Counted from the stretch's first letter, positions 1-11,834 are shown. The stretch is 55,849 nucleotides of DNA from Octopus sinensis (GCF_006345805.1 NW_021833779.1:1-55849); one strand, 5' to 3'. Translations and numbers: made by a program. Notes: generated by a model from the sequence alone, not told the origin.

Positions 1-353
1 GCCTTCGGATGCTTTTCAAAGAACTCCCGTACGTGCCAGGAGCACGCCGTAAAGTTCTTCGAGTACATCCCACCTAGGTAAAATGTTAACTCGCCTATGC
101 GAATTCTCACTTGGAGGAATTCACACAAGCTACATGAACATATACCTGTACTCTGCAAGGCAAGGTAGGGCTTGTAGAAGAGGCTAGTTCCTGTGCCACA
201 TATTGACCCCTGTTTCCAGGGTATGTGACGACAGTTGTAGCCATCAACTACGTACGGACCCCCCTTTACCTTCGTTTCGTTGACCACCAGAATGTCCGCA
301 CTCGTGGTGGCCAACATCCTCTGAACGGCGTCCCTTTTTCCTTCCAAGGAACG
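1..353 (-). mobile_element. LINE family A fragment (APE endonuclease region), 5'-truncated, runs off the window start
   Basis: Near-identical to about 5298-5650 of copy A2. It stops at ggaacg and joins spacer sequence (gctctggacttag, also seen at about 30842). Confidence 0.9.
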
Positions 354-486
354 GCTCTGGACTTAGTAAAATTACTTAGTTTCTTTTTTTAATAAAGCTA
401 GTTAGTATATTTATGAAATTGCTAATTTTTATCTGGTTAATTTGTAAGGAATATCAATGTATTTTATTAAAAAAATTATGTATAAT

Positions 487-795
487 TTATCCACCAAATC
501 CGTAAATTGTCCTACCTTGACGTTTCAAGGCATTAACAACGTCCATTGCGATAACAGTTTTTCTTTTGGCATGCTCAGTGTAAGAAATACAATCACGAAC
601 AGTTTGCTCAATAAAAATCTTAAGGACAGAACGTGTCTCCTCGTAAATTTTTCCAGAAATTCTTCGAACACCCCCTCTTCGACATAGTCTTCTTATTGCT
701 GGCTTAGTAATTCCTTGTATATTGTCAATTAATATCTTTCGAAATCGTTTTGCACCACTCTTTCCTCCTTTGCCACCTTTACCACGTCCAGACAT
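487..795 (-). CDS. H4: Histone H4 (divergent; unit subtype 1)
   Basis: 102-aa [13 protein letters not shown]...[20 protein letters not shown]...[12 protein letters not shown]. An AATAAA lies about 15-20 nt after the stop. Confidence 0.98.
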   Translation of the reverse strand: MSGRGKGGKGGKSGAKRFRKILIDNIQGITKPAIRRLCRRGGVRRISGKIYEETRSVLKIFIEQTVRDCISYTEHAKRKTVIAMDVVNALKRQGRTIYGFGG

Positions 796-963
796 TAGGA
801 AAAATTCTCTAAATAAACACTATTTTCAACCTATGCAAAAAAAGTATCATTGCCAAATTTTTTTCGACTGATGCAAAAAAGGACCATTCCGAAAAAAATT
901 TTTAACGAAATTTCGGAATGCCATTTTTTTATTATGTAAACAAAAAATAGTTAGCAGAGTATA
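796..963. promoter_or_regulatory. Bidirectional H4/H2A promoter with the shared histone motif (AAAAAG)TATCATTCCGAAATTTTT
   Basis: 168-nt divergent intergenic region. Motif variants occur on both strands (aaaaagtatcattgccaaatttt, cattccgaaaaaa, aaatttcggaatg). The same motif precedes every H3 and H2B. Confidence 0.75.
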
Positions 964-1323
964 ATGTCTTCAAGAGGAAAAGGAGGAAAAGTACGGTCAA
1001 AGGCTAAAAGCAAATCCGTTCGGGCCGGGTTACAGTTTCCAGTTGGACGCATTCACCGGTGTCTCCGTCATGAAACCCGAATGCGAGTAGGAATTCCTGC
1101 CGCAGTATATATGTGCGCAGTATTGGAATATGCTGTGGCTGAAATGCTTGAACTTGCTGGAAATACAGCAGTAAAATGTGGAAAAAGAAGAATTAAACCA
1201 CGTCACATTGTCGTTGCAATTGGAAATGACGACGAATTAAAAGAATTAACTCAGAAAGCTATTATTTCATCTGGTGGATTTATGATTCGCAAAACTGCAG
1301 AAACTCCTAAAACAACTTCCTAA
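964..1323 (+). CDS. H2A: Histone H2A (divergent, short C-terminus)
   Basis: [36 protein letters not shown] and NDDEL motifs. Confidence 0.97.
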   Translation: MSSRGKGGKVRSKAKSKSVRAGLQFPVGRIHRCLRHETRMRVGIPAAVYMCAVLEYAVAEMLELAGNTAVKCGKRRIKPRHIVVAIGNDDELKELTQKAIISSGGFMIRKTAETPKTTS

Positions 1324-1573
1324 CTTTAAATTAATTATTTGAATAATGCGCTGTTATTTTGTAATATTGTTTTCGAAATACAATAGATCAACCAGTTAAG
1401 TTTTTTTAACGAATTTCAAAATAATTTCAAACACAATTAACGAATAAACGTTTAGAAGTAATTATAAATAAAATATCGCAATACTGTGTTATCCTATCAT
1501 TGGCCAAATATTTTTTAGTCCAATATAATTTATTTACTTAAGCTAAATTATCCCAAAAAATAGTAAATATATA

Positions 1574-1880
1574 CAGTGAACAAAAATAAAAATTGAAAAG
1601 GCATTTTCTCCTGAATTTACTATGAAACAATATTTAAAAAATAACTTTTAGTTTGTCTAAAAAATATTATATTTATACGGTTTTCCATTCATTGATAATT
1701 CAGAACCCAAAAAAATGAACAAATTTATTTAATATCCATTATATTTTCCATTAGCTCTAATTACATCTAGTGTTCGGCCTGGCATGCTATTAATAAGACT
1801 TTTTGCGTATTTTATTTTGAGTTAATTCCAAATGGATGATATTTTTGCAAATAAATGTTCTTTTTTCAAAAATTCTCTTC
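1574..1880 (-). mobile_element. Tc1/mariner-like transposon, left end only (rest deleted at the junction with LINE A1)
   Basis: TA + CAGTGAACAAAAATAAAAA terminal inverted repeat. Matches 49743-50089. Confidence 0.85.
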
Positions 1881-2941
1881 AAGAGGGCGATTACCCTGCT
1901 TGAAGCGTGCAATGGCAGAGGCACTGGGGTACTCCTGCTGCAGGTGACCTAGGAGGTCATTATCCTCGAAGTCCCGAGGAACCCCGAGGAGGAGGACACT
2001 TACCTTACTTAACTTACGTTCGATCCTGACAAGGCGATGCATGCCAGGACCGAACGGATTTGACTTCTCCAGCTCCCCTTTGAAGTTGGAGAAGTCATCC
2101 TCCTTCTCCCACCCAAGCAGGAATTGGGTAGGCTCCCTCTTCAGGACTCTGTACAGCTTTGAAGGCTGGATAGAGTCTAACGTACCTAAGATCTTTATGA
2201 CCGAGGCCTTCCCACTTGGAGGGAGGACCTCAAGTCGTGCCACAGCACCGAAGGTAATTCTGCCCCCGGCGCCAGTGGTCTTCTTTGGGTGTGCATCCAC
2301 CTGATCGGACACACACCCAGTACCTAAAACATTAGGGGGGGTTGGACGGCCAGCCGCACGTTTGGGTTTCCCCACCGTGTACCAACCGTCCTCAAGGGCA
2401 ACCTTATTTCCTGCCGTACCCACCGGGACGGCCTCAGGAGACGACACCCTGTTGGCATTAATTGACTTACCTAGTCTGGGTTTGGTACCACTAGACAAAC
2501 CGCAAACACGTGGCGAACCAGCATGCTGTGCGGTTGTGGTGGATAACAAACGATCAGAACCAGTTGCAACCTGCAGCTCCCCCGACACACCACCATAGGG
2601 GGAGCAGAGGAAGAAGTTGTCCAGTGAGTGCTGAACCCACCTGGGAGGGTCCAGGCTTCGACTTCTCCTTCCTGCTTTCGCCTAGAAAATTAAAGACACC
2701 ACTAGAATAGCCGGAAGCGCGTGGCGGTGAACCACGGCTCCGGCAATTCATCGTAGTGGCACACTGAACCGTCTTGTCCTTCTGGGAGAGCGAGACGGGA
2801 ACACCTCCACTTCTGCATAGTCTTCTTAGTGCAGACAGCTTGCGAGCAGATTTTGCAGACAACTGTTTCCTTGGTACTTTTGCACCAGTAGATTTTCGAG
2901 CCGTTTGTTTTGTTCTAGCCATATTTTATTATTTCAGAAAA
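1877..2941 (-). mobile_element. LINE A copy A1: H3 leader + H3-head ORF1 5' half, 3' part deleted
   Basis: Same sequence as 6461-7519. Joined to the Tc1 remnant through a cttc microhomology. Confidence 0.9.
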
Positions 2942-3065
2942 GGAAAAATTTATTGGTTAAGGGAGGCAGTTAAAAAAAAAAACTAACTAAGTAGACCTTC
3001 GGCATCGCTGCCTTTTCAGTCTCCATCTCACACACGCCTCCCTACACACAACCACAGGTTAAGAC

Positions 3066-5680
3066 TTACCGCCTTACCTGCCATCCAGAAATAATCTTCT
3101 CTAGGACCTCAGAGAGGCCTTTGAGAGATGATTCCTGGGCGTCGGAGAGCTCAGTCCGGAATCCTAAGCCATAGGCTAGCCTTATGGCTCGTCTTCTTAC
3201 TTTTTTAAGCACGTCAACATGCTTATCCCTGTCCTCATAGAGGTACCAAGCGTGGACGCCATAGGTCAAGACGGGTAACACCATGGCGTTAAACACGCGG
3301 AACCAGGCACCTCTGCTCAAGCGGAAAGCACGCAACGCACCTAATCGCTGCATTGCACGCATTTTCGTACGTGCAATGTGATCATCAAACTTACCGGACG
3401 GCTTAAAGAGCACGCCCAAATAAGTCATCCGATCAACTGCAGCGATTGCTGACCCGCTCAGCAATAACCTAGGAACAAAATTAGTGTAACCCCTCGTCCT
3501 TTTACAGACTTTAAGGACACTGCACTTGTCCGCGCACATTCTCAGACCCCTACTCCCACACCAGTTTGCAAGTCCATCCACAGCAACCTGAAGCCTACGA
3601 CACGCACACTCCGGTTTCATTGAGTGATCCCAGAGGATAATGTCGTCTGCATAGATTACCATTTCAGTACGAGCATTGACTGGCATAGGCGCAGTGGCCA
3701 TAAACACATTGAATAGTGTCGGACTGAGCACAGAGCCCTGAGGGACCCCGCGAAGGACTGTTGCGACTTTAGAAAAGACCCCCTGATGCCGCACGACCTG
3801 CCTGCGAGATTCAAGAAACCCCGACAGCCAGCGCCTTAGACACGGAGAAACCCCACACGTGGCAAGGGAACTCCGGAGGCCGTCGTGCCACACCGAGTCA
3901 AAGGCCTTTTCAATGTCGAGACTAACTAAAATACCGCATTCCCTTTTCTGGAGGGCGTTCTTCATACCAGACGACACCTTGTGAAGGCAGTCCCCGCATG
4001 AGCGGCCCTCCCTGAAGCCCCATTGGAACTCAGGGAGGGCGTCTGCAACCATCAGCTCCTCCAGGAGCCTTTGGTGCATAATTCTTTCTAGGATTTTAGA
4101 TATTGCGGGGAGCAAGGAAATGGGCCTATATCCCCCGGGGACATCATGTGGCTTCCCGGGCTTTCCGATAAGGATTACCTCAGCCACTTTCCACCTGGAG
4201 GGAATCATCCCAAGTCGCAAGCTCCCGTTAAATAAAACCTTTAGTGCAGTGATTAACCGCGGCGGGGCCTTCTTAAAGATGGCCATCGGGATCCGATCCA
4301 AACCCGCCGCGGTGTTCTTACTTCGGGAGATTGCTGCCAGAATCTCCGCTTCAGTAATTTCGCCTGCATCGTTCCTTGATATGCCCAGCTGGCAGCGCTT
4401 GTCCCACGACAATATCTGCTGGACAGTATCAAAGGACGATGTCTCTACGAACTGACTTCCGTCAGTTCCCGAGATGCCATTGAGATGGGCTGAAAGTATT
4501 TCAACCACCCCTCAACCGGGTCCGAAGCGAGGGTTCCATCAGAGCGTTTAAGGCGCACTGACTTAGCCCCCCTTCTCCCCGACAGGCTCTTCAACTGCTT
4601 CCAGAAGTCCGGAAAGCGAGGGTCCACCCTTCGGCAGGCCCTCTCCCACCGCGAACTTTCGAGTTCGCGGATTTCTCTTCGGATCTCCCTCTGAAGCCGG
4701 CTAATCCAGCCACGAAACCAAACACGGTTCTCCTCGTAAACGCATTTGTCCCGTAGTCTGGATAGCCGGCGCTTGAACCTAATTTTATTTAAGATCCGGT
4801 GAGGGAGCGTGGAATGTGCCTGACCCTGCACTGAGTTTTGTTTGAAATTATCTCGCATGTAATCAGTCAGGGCAGCATTGATTCCATTATCAAGCGCCTC
4901 CAACTCACGTATGTTGGCGCAGGTATTCCCCACCAGAAGTGAGGGCAACCTGCTGGCCATGAAACTCTCCAGGTTAGCCCAGGAACCCACCCGGAGGTCA
5001 AAGTATCCTGGGACCCTTTGAGGAACTGGCTCACGGAGTTCGTGCAATAGAGGCAGATGGTCGCTCCCAATATCGGACAATAAAATAGTTTTACTAACCC
5101 AATTTAGAAGACCGGGACTGACCAGAGCAAGCCCTAGCCAGTCACGTCCTCCCCTCGCGTCGACGTGGTTTGGCTCGCTCGAAGTCCGGATTTCCAGCCC
5201 GAGGTCTTCAACCAGCGTCTTCAGAGCCAAACCATGCGAGTTGGTTACCCTGAAACCAAGATCTTGATGCTTGGCATTCAGGTCCCCAACAACCATGGCC
5301 TTCGGATGCTTTTCAAAGAACTCCCGTACGTGCCAGGAGCACGCCGTAAAGTTCTTCGAGTACATCCCACCTAGGTAAAATGTTAACTCGCCTATGCGAA
5401 TTCTCACTTGGAGGAATTCACACAAGCTACATGAACATATACCTGGACTCTGCAAGGCAAGGTAGGGCTTGTAGAAGAGGCTAGTTCCTGTGCCACATAT
5501 TGACCCCTGTTTCCAGGGTATGTGACGACAGTTGTAGCCATCAACTACGTACGGACCCCCCTTTACCTTCGTTTCGTTGACCACCAGAATGTCCGCACTC
5601 GTGGTGGCCAACATCCTCTGAACGGCGTCCCTTTTTCCTTCCAAGGAACGCGCGTTCACCGATATGATGTTGAGCATCAT
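3066..5680 (-). CDS. LINE A ORF2: AP-endonuclease + reverse transcriptase (one frameshift near 4508, probably a read error)
   Basis: ISVNARSL, VNETK, VGDLNAKH, GSDHLP; YRPISLL, QWGFR, LDIEKAFDSV, GVPQGSVLSP, YADD, YLGV. No RNase H is recognisable. Confidence 0.93.
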
Positions 5681-7500
5681 ATCGGTTCTTCGCCAAGGAT
5701 CTTCTTGGCCTCGGCAACGTTGCAGTGTAGCATTTCCTCTACACTGCAATTCATCTCCCTACAAAATTTTAATAGGGAAACGCATAATTGCACCGCAGGA
5801 CTAATACTGTCCTGCGGTACACGCTCGCCAGGGGCTGAGTGCAATGGCATCTCCACGTATGGAGGACGCCTTTTCAGCCCCAGGTTGTGCCGGACGGCGC
5901 CGCCGCCGTTAGCCGCCTCAGAAGGCATTGCCGGCTTAGGCAACCAAGCGGACTCGGAAGCTTTCACCTGCTTTGCCAACTTTGTCGGCGAAGGCTGCAC
6001 CGACCCACACGTAGCATGGCTCACAGGTTCCACTGTCTTCGCCACCCAAACGGATTTGGAAGGTTTGGCCAGTATCGCCTGCTTGCCAGGTTTTGGCGCA
6101 GGGCGCGCGACGCGACGCGGGCGACTTACTGTTGGGATTACATCCCCACCTACCTTTCGGGTTGCCTCCTTGAACTTGGGGCAACCTCTGAAGTTGGCAG
6201 TGTGTCCCAACTTACCACAGTTGACACACTGCCTCTCCTTGGATGGTGAGGGGCACGTCTTGCGACCATGCTCCCCACCGCAAATAAGGCACTTCGCCTT
6301 ATCCGGGCACTTTGTGGAGATGTGCCCGAACCCCTGACACCGAAAGCATTGGGTGGCTTTCGGGCGGGGCCAGGCAGCTCTCATCCTAATGTAGCCGATC
6401 CTGTACCAAGAAGTACCAGGCGCTCAGCTTCTGCAGGAGATCCCAGTGTAATCTCCACCACTTCAAGAGGGCGATTACCCTGCTTGAAGCGTGCAATGGC
6501 AGAGGCACTGGGGTACTCCTGCTGCAGGTGACCTAGGAGGTCATTATCCTCGAAGTCCCGAGGACCCCGAGGAGGAGGACACTTACCTTACTTAACTTAC
6601 GTTCGATCCTGACAAGGCGATGCATGCCAGGACCGAACGGATTTGACTTCTCCAGCTCCCCTTTGAAGTTGGAGAAGTCATCCTCCTTCTCCCACCCAAG
6701 CAGGAATTGGGTGGGCTCCCTCTTCAGGACTCTATACAGCTTTGAAGGCTGGATAGAGTCTAACGTACCTAGATCTTTATGACCGAGGCCTTCCCACTTG
6801 TAGGGAGGACCTCAAGTCGTGCCACAGCACCGAAGGTAATTCTGCCCCCGGCGCCAGTGGTCTTCTTTGGGTGTGCATCCACCTGATCGGACACACACCC
6901 AGTACCTAAAACATTAGGGGGGGTTGGACGGCCAGCCGCACGTTTGGGTTTCCCCACCGTGTACCAACCGTCCTCAAGGGCAACCTTATTTCCTGCCGTA
7001 CCCACCGGGACGGCCTCAGGAGACGACACCCTGTTGGCATTAATTGACTTACCTAGGCTGGGTTTGTACCACTAGACAAACCGCAAACACGTGGCGAACC
7101 AGCATGCTGTGCGGTTGTGGTGGATACCAAACGATCAGAACCAGTTGCACCTGCAGCTCCCCCGACACCAGCCATAGGGGGAGCAGAGGAAGAAGTGTCT
7201 CCAGTGAGTGCTGAACCCACCTGGGAGGGTCCAGGCTTCGACTTCTCCTTCCTGCTTTCGCCTAGAAAATTAAAGAACACCACTAGAATAGCCGGAAGCG
7301 TGGCGGTGAACCACGGCTCCGGCAATTCATCGTAGTGGCACACTGAACCGTCTTGTCCTTCTGGGAGAGCGAGACGGAACACCTCCACTTCTGCATAGTC
7401 TTCTTAGTGCAGACAGCTTGCGAGCAGATTTTGCAGACAACTGTTTCCTTGGTACTTTTGCACCAGTAGATTTTCGAGCCGTTTGTTTTGTTCTAGCCAT
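5677..7500 (-). CDS. LINE A ORF1 (gag-like, about 610 aa by consensus of copies) with an N-terminal histone H3 tail and an H4 peptide
   Basis: Starts [41 protein letters not shown]. Knuckles [43 protein letters not shown]. Overlapping translated pieces from copies A1-A4 tile one frame. The stop overlaps the ORF2 start (ATGA). Confidence 0.85.
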
Positions 7501-7519
7501 ATTTTATTATTTCAGAAAA

Positions 7520-7605
7520 CAATGACATGCCAGTATAGTCAAAAAGCACATCATTCCGAATTTTTTTCGAGTGATGCAAAAAGTATTATTCCGAAATTTT
7601 TTTGG
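7520..7605 (-). promoter_or_regulatory. H3 promoter (subtype 1) upstream of LINE A2
   Basis: Closely matches 12576-12665 upstream of the real H3 gene. Contains two CATTCCG/TATTCCG motifs. Confidence 0.85.
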
Positions 7606-7668
7606 TTAAATTACTCATCATTATTTTTTTATCTTCAATCATTTCTTAATGTAAAAAATTTGGATATA

Positions 7669-7817
7669 GTTATAATACAGGTAAGAAAACCTGATAACAA
7701 TCCTGTTTCCCCCTCACTATTGCTTGGGACATGTTCCTGGAGGAGCCATCTAGTCTCCAGAGGATTGTGTGTTCTCAAGGTCTTGAGACGTCCAATACAC
7801 TTGAGAAAGCTCAACGA
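7669..7817 (-). pseudogene. CRE-like (RLE-type) LINE C-terminal remnant, cut by A3
   Basis: Copy of 12729-12870. Confidence 0.65.
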
Positions 7818-10800
7818 AATAATAAAATATGGCTAGAACAAAACAAACGGCTCGAAAAATCTACTGGTGCAAAAGTACCAAGGAAACAGTTGTCTGCAAA
7901 ATCTGCTCGCAAGCTGTCTGCACTAAGAAGACTATGCAGAAGTGGAGGTGTTCCCGTCTCGCTCTCCCAGAAGGACAAGACGTTTCAGTGTGCCACTACG
8001 ATGAATTGCCGGAGCCGTGGTTCACCGCCACGCGCTTCCGGCTATTCTATTGGTGTCTTTAATTTCTAGGCGAAAGCAGGAAGGAGAAGTCGAAGCCTGG
8101 ACCCTCCCAGGTGGGTTCAGCACTCACTGGAGACACTTCTTCCTCTGCTCCCCCTATGGCTGGTGTCGGGGAGCTGCAGGTGCAACTGGTTCTGATCGTT
8201 TGTTATCCACCACAACCGCACAGCATGCTGGTTCGCCACGTGTTTGCGGTTTGTCTAGTGGTACCAAACCCAGACTAGGTAAGTCAATTAATGCCAACAG
8301 GTGTCGTCTCCTGAGGCCGTCCGGTGGGTACGGCAGGAAATAAGGTTGCCCTTGAGTACGGTTGGTACACGGTGGGGAAACCCAAACGTGCGGCTGGCCG
8401 TCCAACCCCCCTAATGTTTTAGTTACTGGGTGTGTGTCCGATCAGGTGGATGCACCCCAAAGAAGACCACTGGCGCCGGGGCAAAATTACCTTCGGTGCT
8501 GTGGCACGACTTGAGGTCCTCCCTCCAAGTGGGAAGGCCTCGGTCATAAAGATCTTAGGTACGTTAGACTCTATCCAGCCTTCAAAGCTGTACAGAGTCC
8601 TGAAGAGGGAGCCTACCCAATTCCTGCTTGGGTGGGAGAAGGAGGATGACTTCTCCAACTTCAAGGGGAGCTGGAGAAGTCAAATCCGTTCGGTCCTGGC
8701 ATGCATCGCCTTGTCAGGATCGAACGTAAGTTAAGTAAGGTAAGTGTCCTCCTCCTCGGGTTCCTCGGGACTCGAGGATAATGACCTCCTAGGTCCCTGC
8801 AGCAGGAGTTAACCCAGTGCCTCTGCCATTGCACGCTTCAAGCAGGGTAATCGCCCTCTTGAAGTGTGTGAGATTACACTGGAATCTCCTGCAGAAGCTG
8901 AGCGCCTGGTACTTCTTGGTACCAGGATCGGCTACATTAGGATGAGAGCTGCCTGGCCCCGCCCGAAAGCCACCCAATGCTTTCGGTGTCAGGGGTTCGG
9001 GCACATCTCCACAAAGTGCCCGGATAAGGCGAAGTGCCTTATTTGCGGTGGGGGCATGGTCGCAAGACGTGCCCCTCACCATCCAAGGAGAGGCAGTGTG
9101 TCAACTGTGGTAAGTTGGGACACACTCAACATCATATCGTGAACGCGCGTTCCTTGGAAGGAAAAAGGGACGCCGTTCAGAGGATGTTGGCCACCACGAG
9201 TGCGGACATTCTGGTGGTCAACGAAACGAAGGTAAAGGGGGGTCCGTACGTAGTTGATGGCTACAACTGTCGTCACATACCTGGAAACAGGGGTCAATAT
9301 GTGGCACAGGAACTAGCCTCTTCTACAAGCCCTACCTTGCCTTGCAGAGTACAGGTATATGTTCATGTAGCTTGTGTGAATTCCTCCAAGTGAGAATTCG
9401 CATAGGCGAGTTAACATTTTACCTAGGTGGGATGTACTCGAAGACTTTACGGCGTGCTCCTGGCACGTACGGGAGTTTTTGAAAAGCATCCGAAGGCCAT
9501 GGTTGTTGGGGACCTGAATGCCAAGCATCAAGATCTTGGTTTCAGGTAACCAACTCGCATGGTTTGGCTCTGAAGACGCTGGTTGAAGACCTCGGGCTGG
9601 AAATCCGGACTTCGAGCGAGCCAAACCACGTCGACACGAGGGGAGGACGTGACTGGCTAGGGCTTGCTCTGGTCAGTCCCGGTCTTCTAAATGGGTTAGT
9701 AAAACTATTTTATTGTCCGATATTGGAGCGACCATCTGCCTCTATTGCACGAACTCCGTGAGCCAGTTCCTCAAAGGGTCCCAGGATACTTTGACCTCCG
9801 GGTGGGTTCCTGGCTAACCTGGAGAGTTTCATGGCCAGCAGGTTGCCCTCACTTCTGGTGGGGAATACCTGCGCCAACATACGTGAGTTGGAGGCGCTTG
9901 ATAATGGAATCAATGCTGCCCTGACTGATTACATGGGAGATAATTTCAAACAAAACTCAGTGCAGGGTCAGGCACATTCCACGCTCCCTCACCGGATCTT
10001 AAATAAAATTAGGTTCAAGCGCCGGCTATCCAGACTACGGGACAAATGCGTTTACGAGGAGAACCGTGTTTGGTTTCGTGGCTGGATTAGCCGGCTTCAG
10101 AGGGAGATCCGAAGAGAAATCCGCGAACTCGAAAGTTCGCGGTGGAGAGGGCCTGCCGAAGGGTGGACCCTCGCTTTCCGGACTTCTGGAAGCAGTTGAA
10201 GAGCCTGTCGGGGAGAAGGGGGGCTAAGTCAGTGCGCCTTAAACGCTCTGATGGAACCCTCGCTTCGGACCCGGTTGAGGTGGTTGAAATACTTTCAGCC
10301 CATCTCAATGGCATCTCGGGAACTGACGGAAGTCAGTTCGTAGAGACATCGTCCTTTGATACTGTCCAGCAGATATTGTCGTGGGACAAGCGCTGCCAGC
10401 TGGGCATATCAAGGAACGATGCAGGCGAAATTACTGAAGCGGAGATTCTGGCAGCAATCTCCCGAAGTAAGAACACCGCGGCGGGTTTGGATCGGATCCC
10501 GATGGCCATCTTTAAGAAGGCCCCGCCGCGGTTAATCACTGCACTAAAGTTTTATTTAACGGGAGCTTGCGACTTGGGATGATTCCCTCCAGGTGGAAAG
10601 TGGCTGAGGTAATCCTTATCGGAAAGCCCGGGAAGCCACATGATGTCCCCGGGGGATATAGGCCCATTTCCTTGCTCCCCGCGATATCTAAAATCCTAGA
10701 AAGAATTATGCCCAAAGGCTCCTGGAGGAGCTGATGGTTGCAGACGCCCTCCCTGAGTTCCAATGGGGCTTCAGGGAGGGCCGCTCATGCGGGGACTGCC

Positions 10801-11834
10801 TTCACAAGGTGTCGTCTGGTATGAAGAACGCCCTCCAGAAAAGGGAATGCGGTATTTTAGTTAGTCTCGACATTGAAAAGGCCTTCGACTCGGTGTGGCA
10901 CGACGGCCTCCGGAGTTCCCTTGCCACGTGTGGGGTTTCTCCGTGTCTAAGGCGCTGGCTGTCGGGGTTTCTTGAATCTCGCAGGCAGGTCGTGCGGCAT
11001 CAGGGGGTCTTTTCTAAAGTCGCAACAGTCCTTCGCGGGGTCCCTCAGGGCTCTGTGCTCAGTCCGACACTATTCAATGTGTTTATGGCCACTGCGCCTA
11101 TGCCAGTCAATGCTCGTACTGAAATGGTAATCTATGCAGACGACATTATCCTCTGGGATCACTCAATGAAACCGGAGTGTGCGTGTCGTAGGCTTCAGGT
11201 TGCTGTGGATGGACTTGCAAACTGGTGTGGGAGTAGGGGTCTGAGAATGTGCGCGGACAAGTGCAGTGTCCTTAAAGTCTGTAAAAGGACGAGGGTTACA
11301 CTAATTTTGTTCCTAGGTTATTGCTGAGCGGGTCAGCAATCGCTGCAGTTGATCGGATGACTTATTTGGGCGTGCTCTTTAAGCCGTCCGGTAAGTTTGA
11401 TGATCACATTGCACGTACGAAATGCGTGCAATGCAGCGATTAGGTGCGTTGCGTGCTTTCCGCTTGAGCAGAGGTGCCTGGTTCCGCGTGTTTAACGCCA
11501 TGGTGTTACCCGTCTTGACCTATGGCGTCCACGCTTGGTACCTCTATGAGGACAGGGATAAGCATGTTGACGTGCTTAAAAAAGTAAGAAGACGAGCCAT
11601 AAGGCTAGCCTATGGCTTAGGATTCCGGACTGAGCTCTCCGACGCCCAGGAATCATCTCTCAAAGGCCTCTCTGAGGTCCTAGAGAAGATTATTTCTGGA
11701 TGGCAGGTAAGGCGGTAAGTCTTAACCTGTGGTTGTGTGTAGGGAGGCGTGTGTGAGATGGAGACTGAAAAGGCAGCGAAGCCGAAGGTCTACTTAGTTA
11801 GTTTTTAACTCCCTTAACTAATAAATTTTTTCCC
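7816..11834 (+). mobile_element. LINE A copy A3 (inverted orientation; internal deletion of about 0.5 kb near 9126)
   Basis: Begins with 13 nt of H3 leader (gaaataataaaat), ATG at 7829. Ends aataaattttttccc. The third knuckle is fused directly to the ORF2 start (cacact|caacatcat). Confidence 0.92.

Larger units (their letters stand above)
2942..7519 (-). mobile_element. LINE A copy A2, full-length, sitting directly under an H3 promoter
   Basis: ORF1 (three CCHC knuckles) + ORF2 (APE + RT). The 3' end is AATAAA-TTTTTCC. The 5' end is the H3 leader and ATG. Confidence 0.93.

Noticed and set aside
5522-6337. Long antisense ORFs (271-277 aa; also 27640-28473 and 52987-53799)
   Set aside because: They are shadows of GC-rich LINE ORF1/ORF2 with no recognisable motif. 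Their recurrence only reflects the repeated element.
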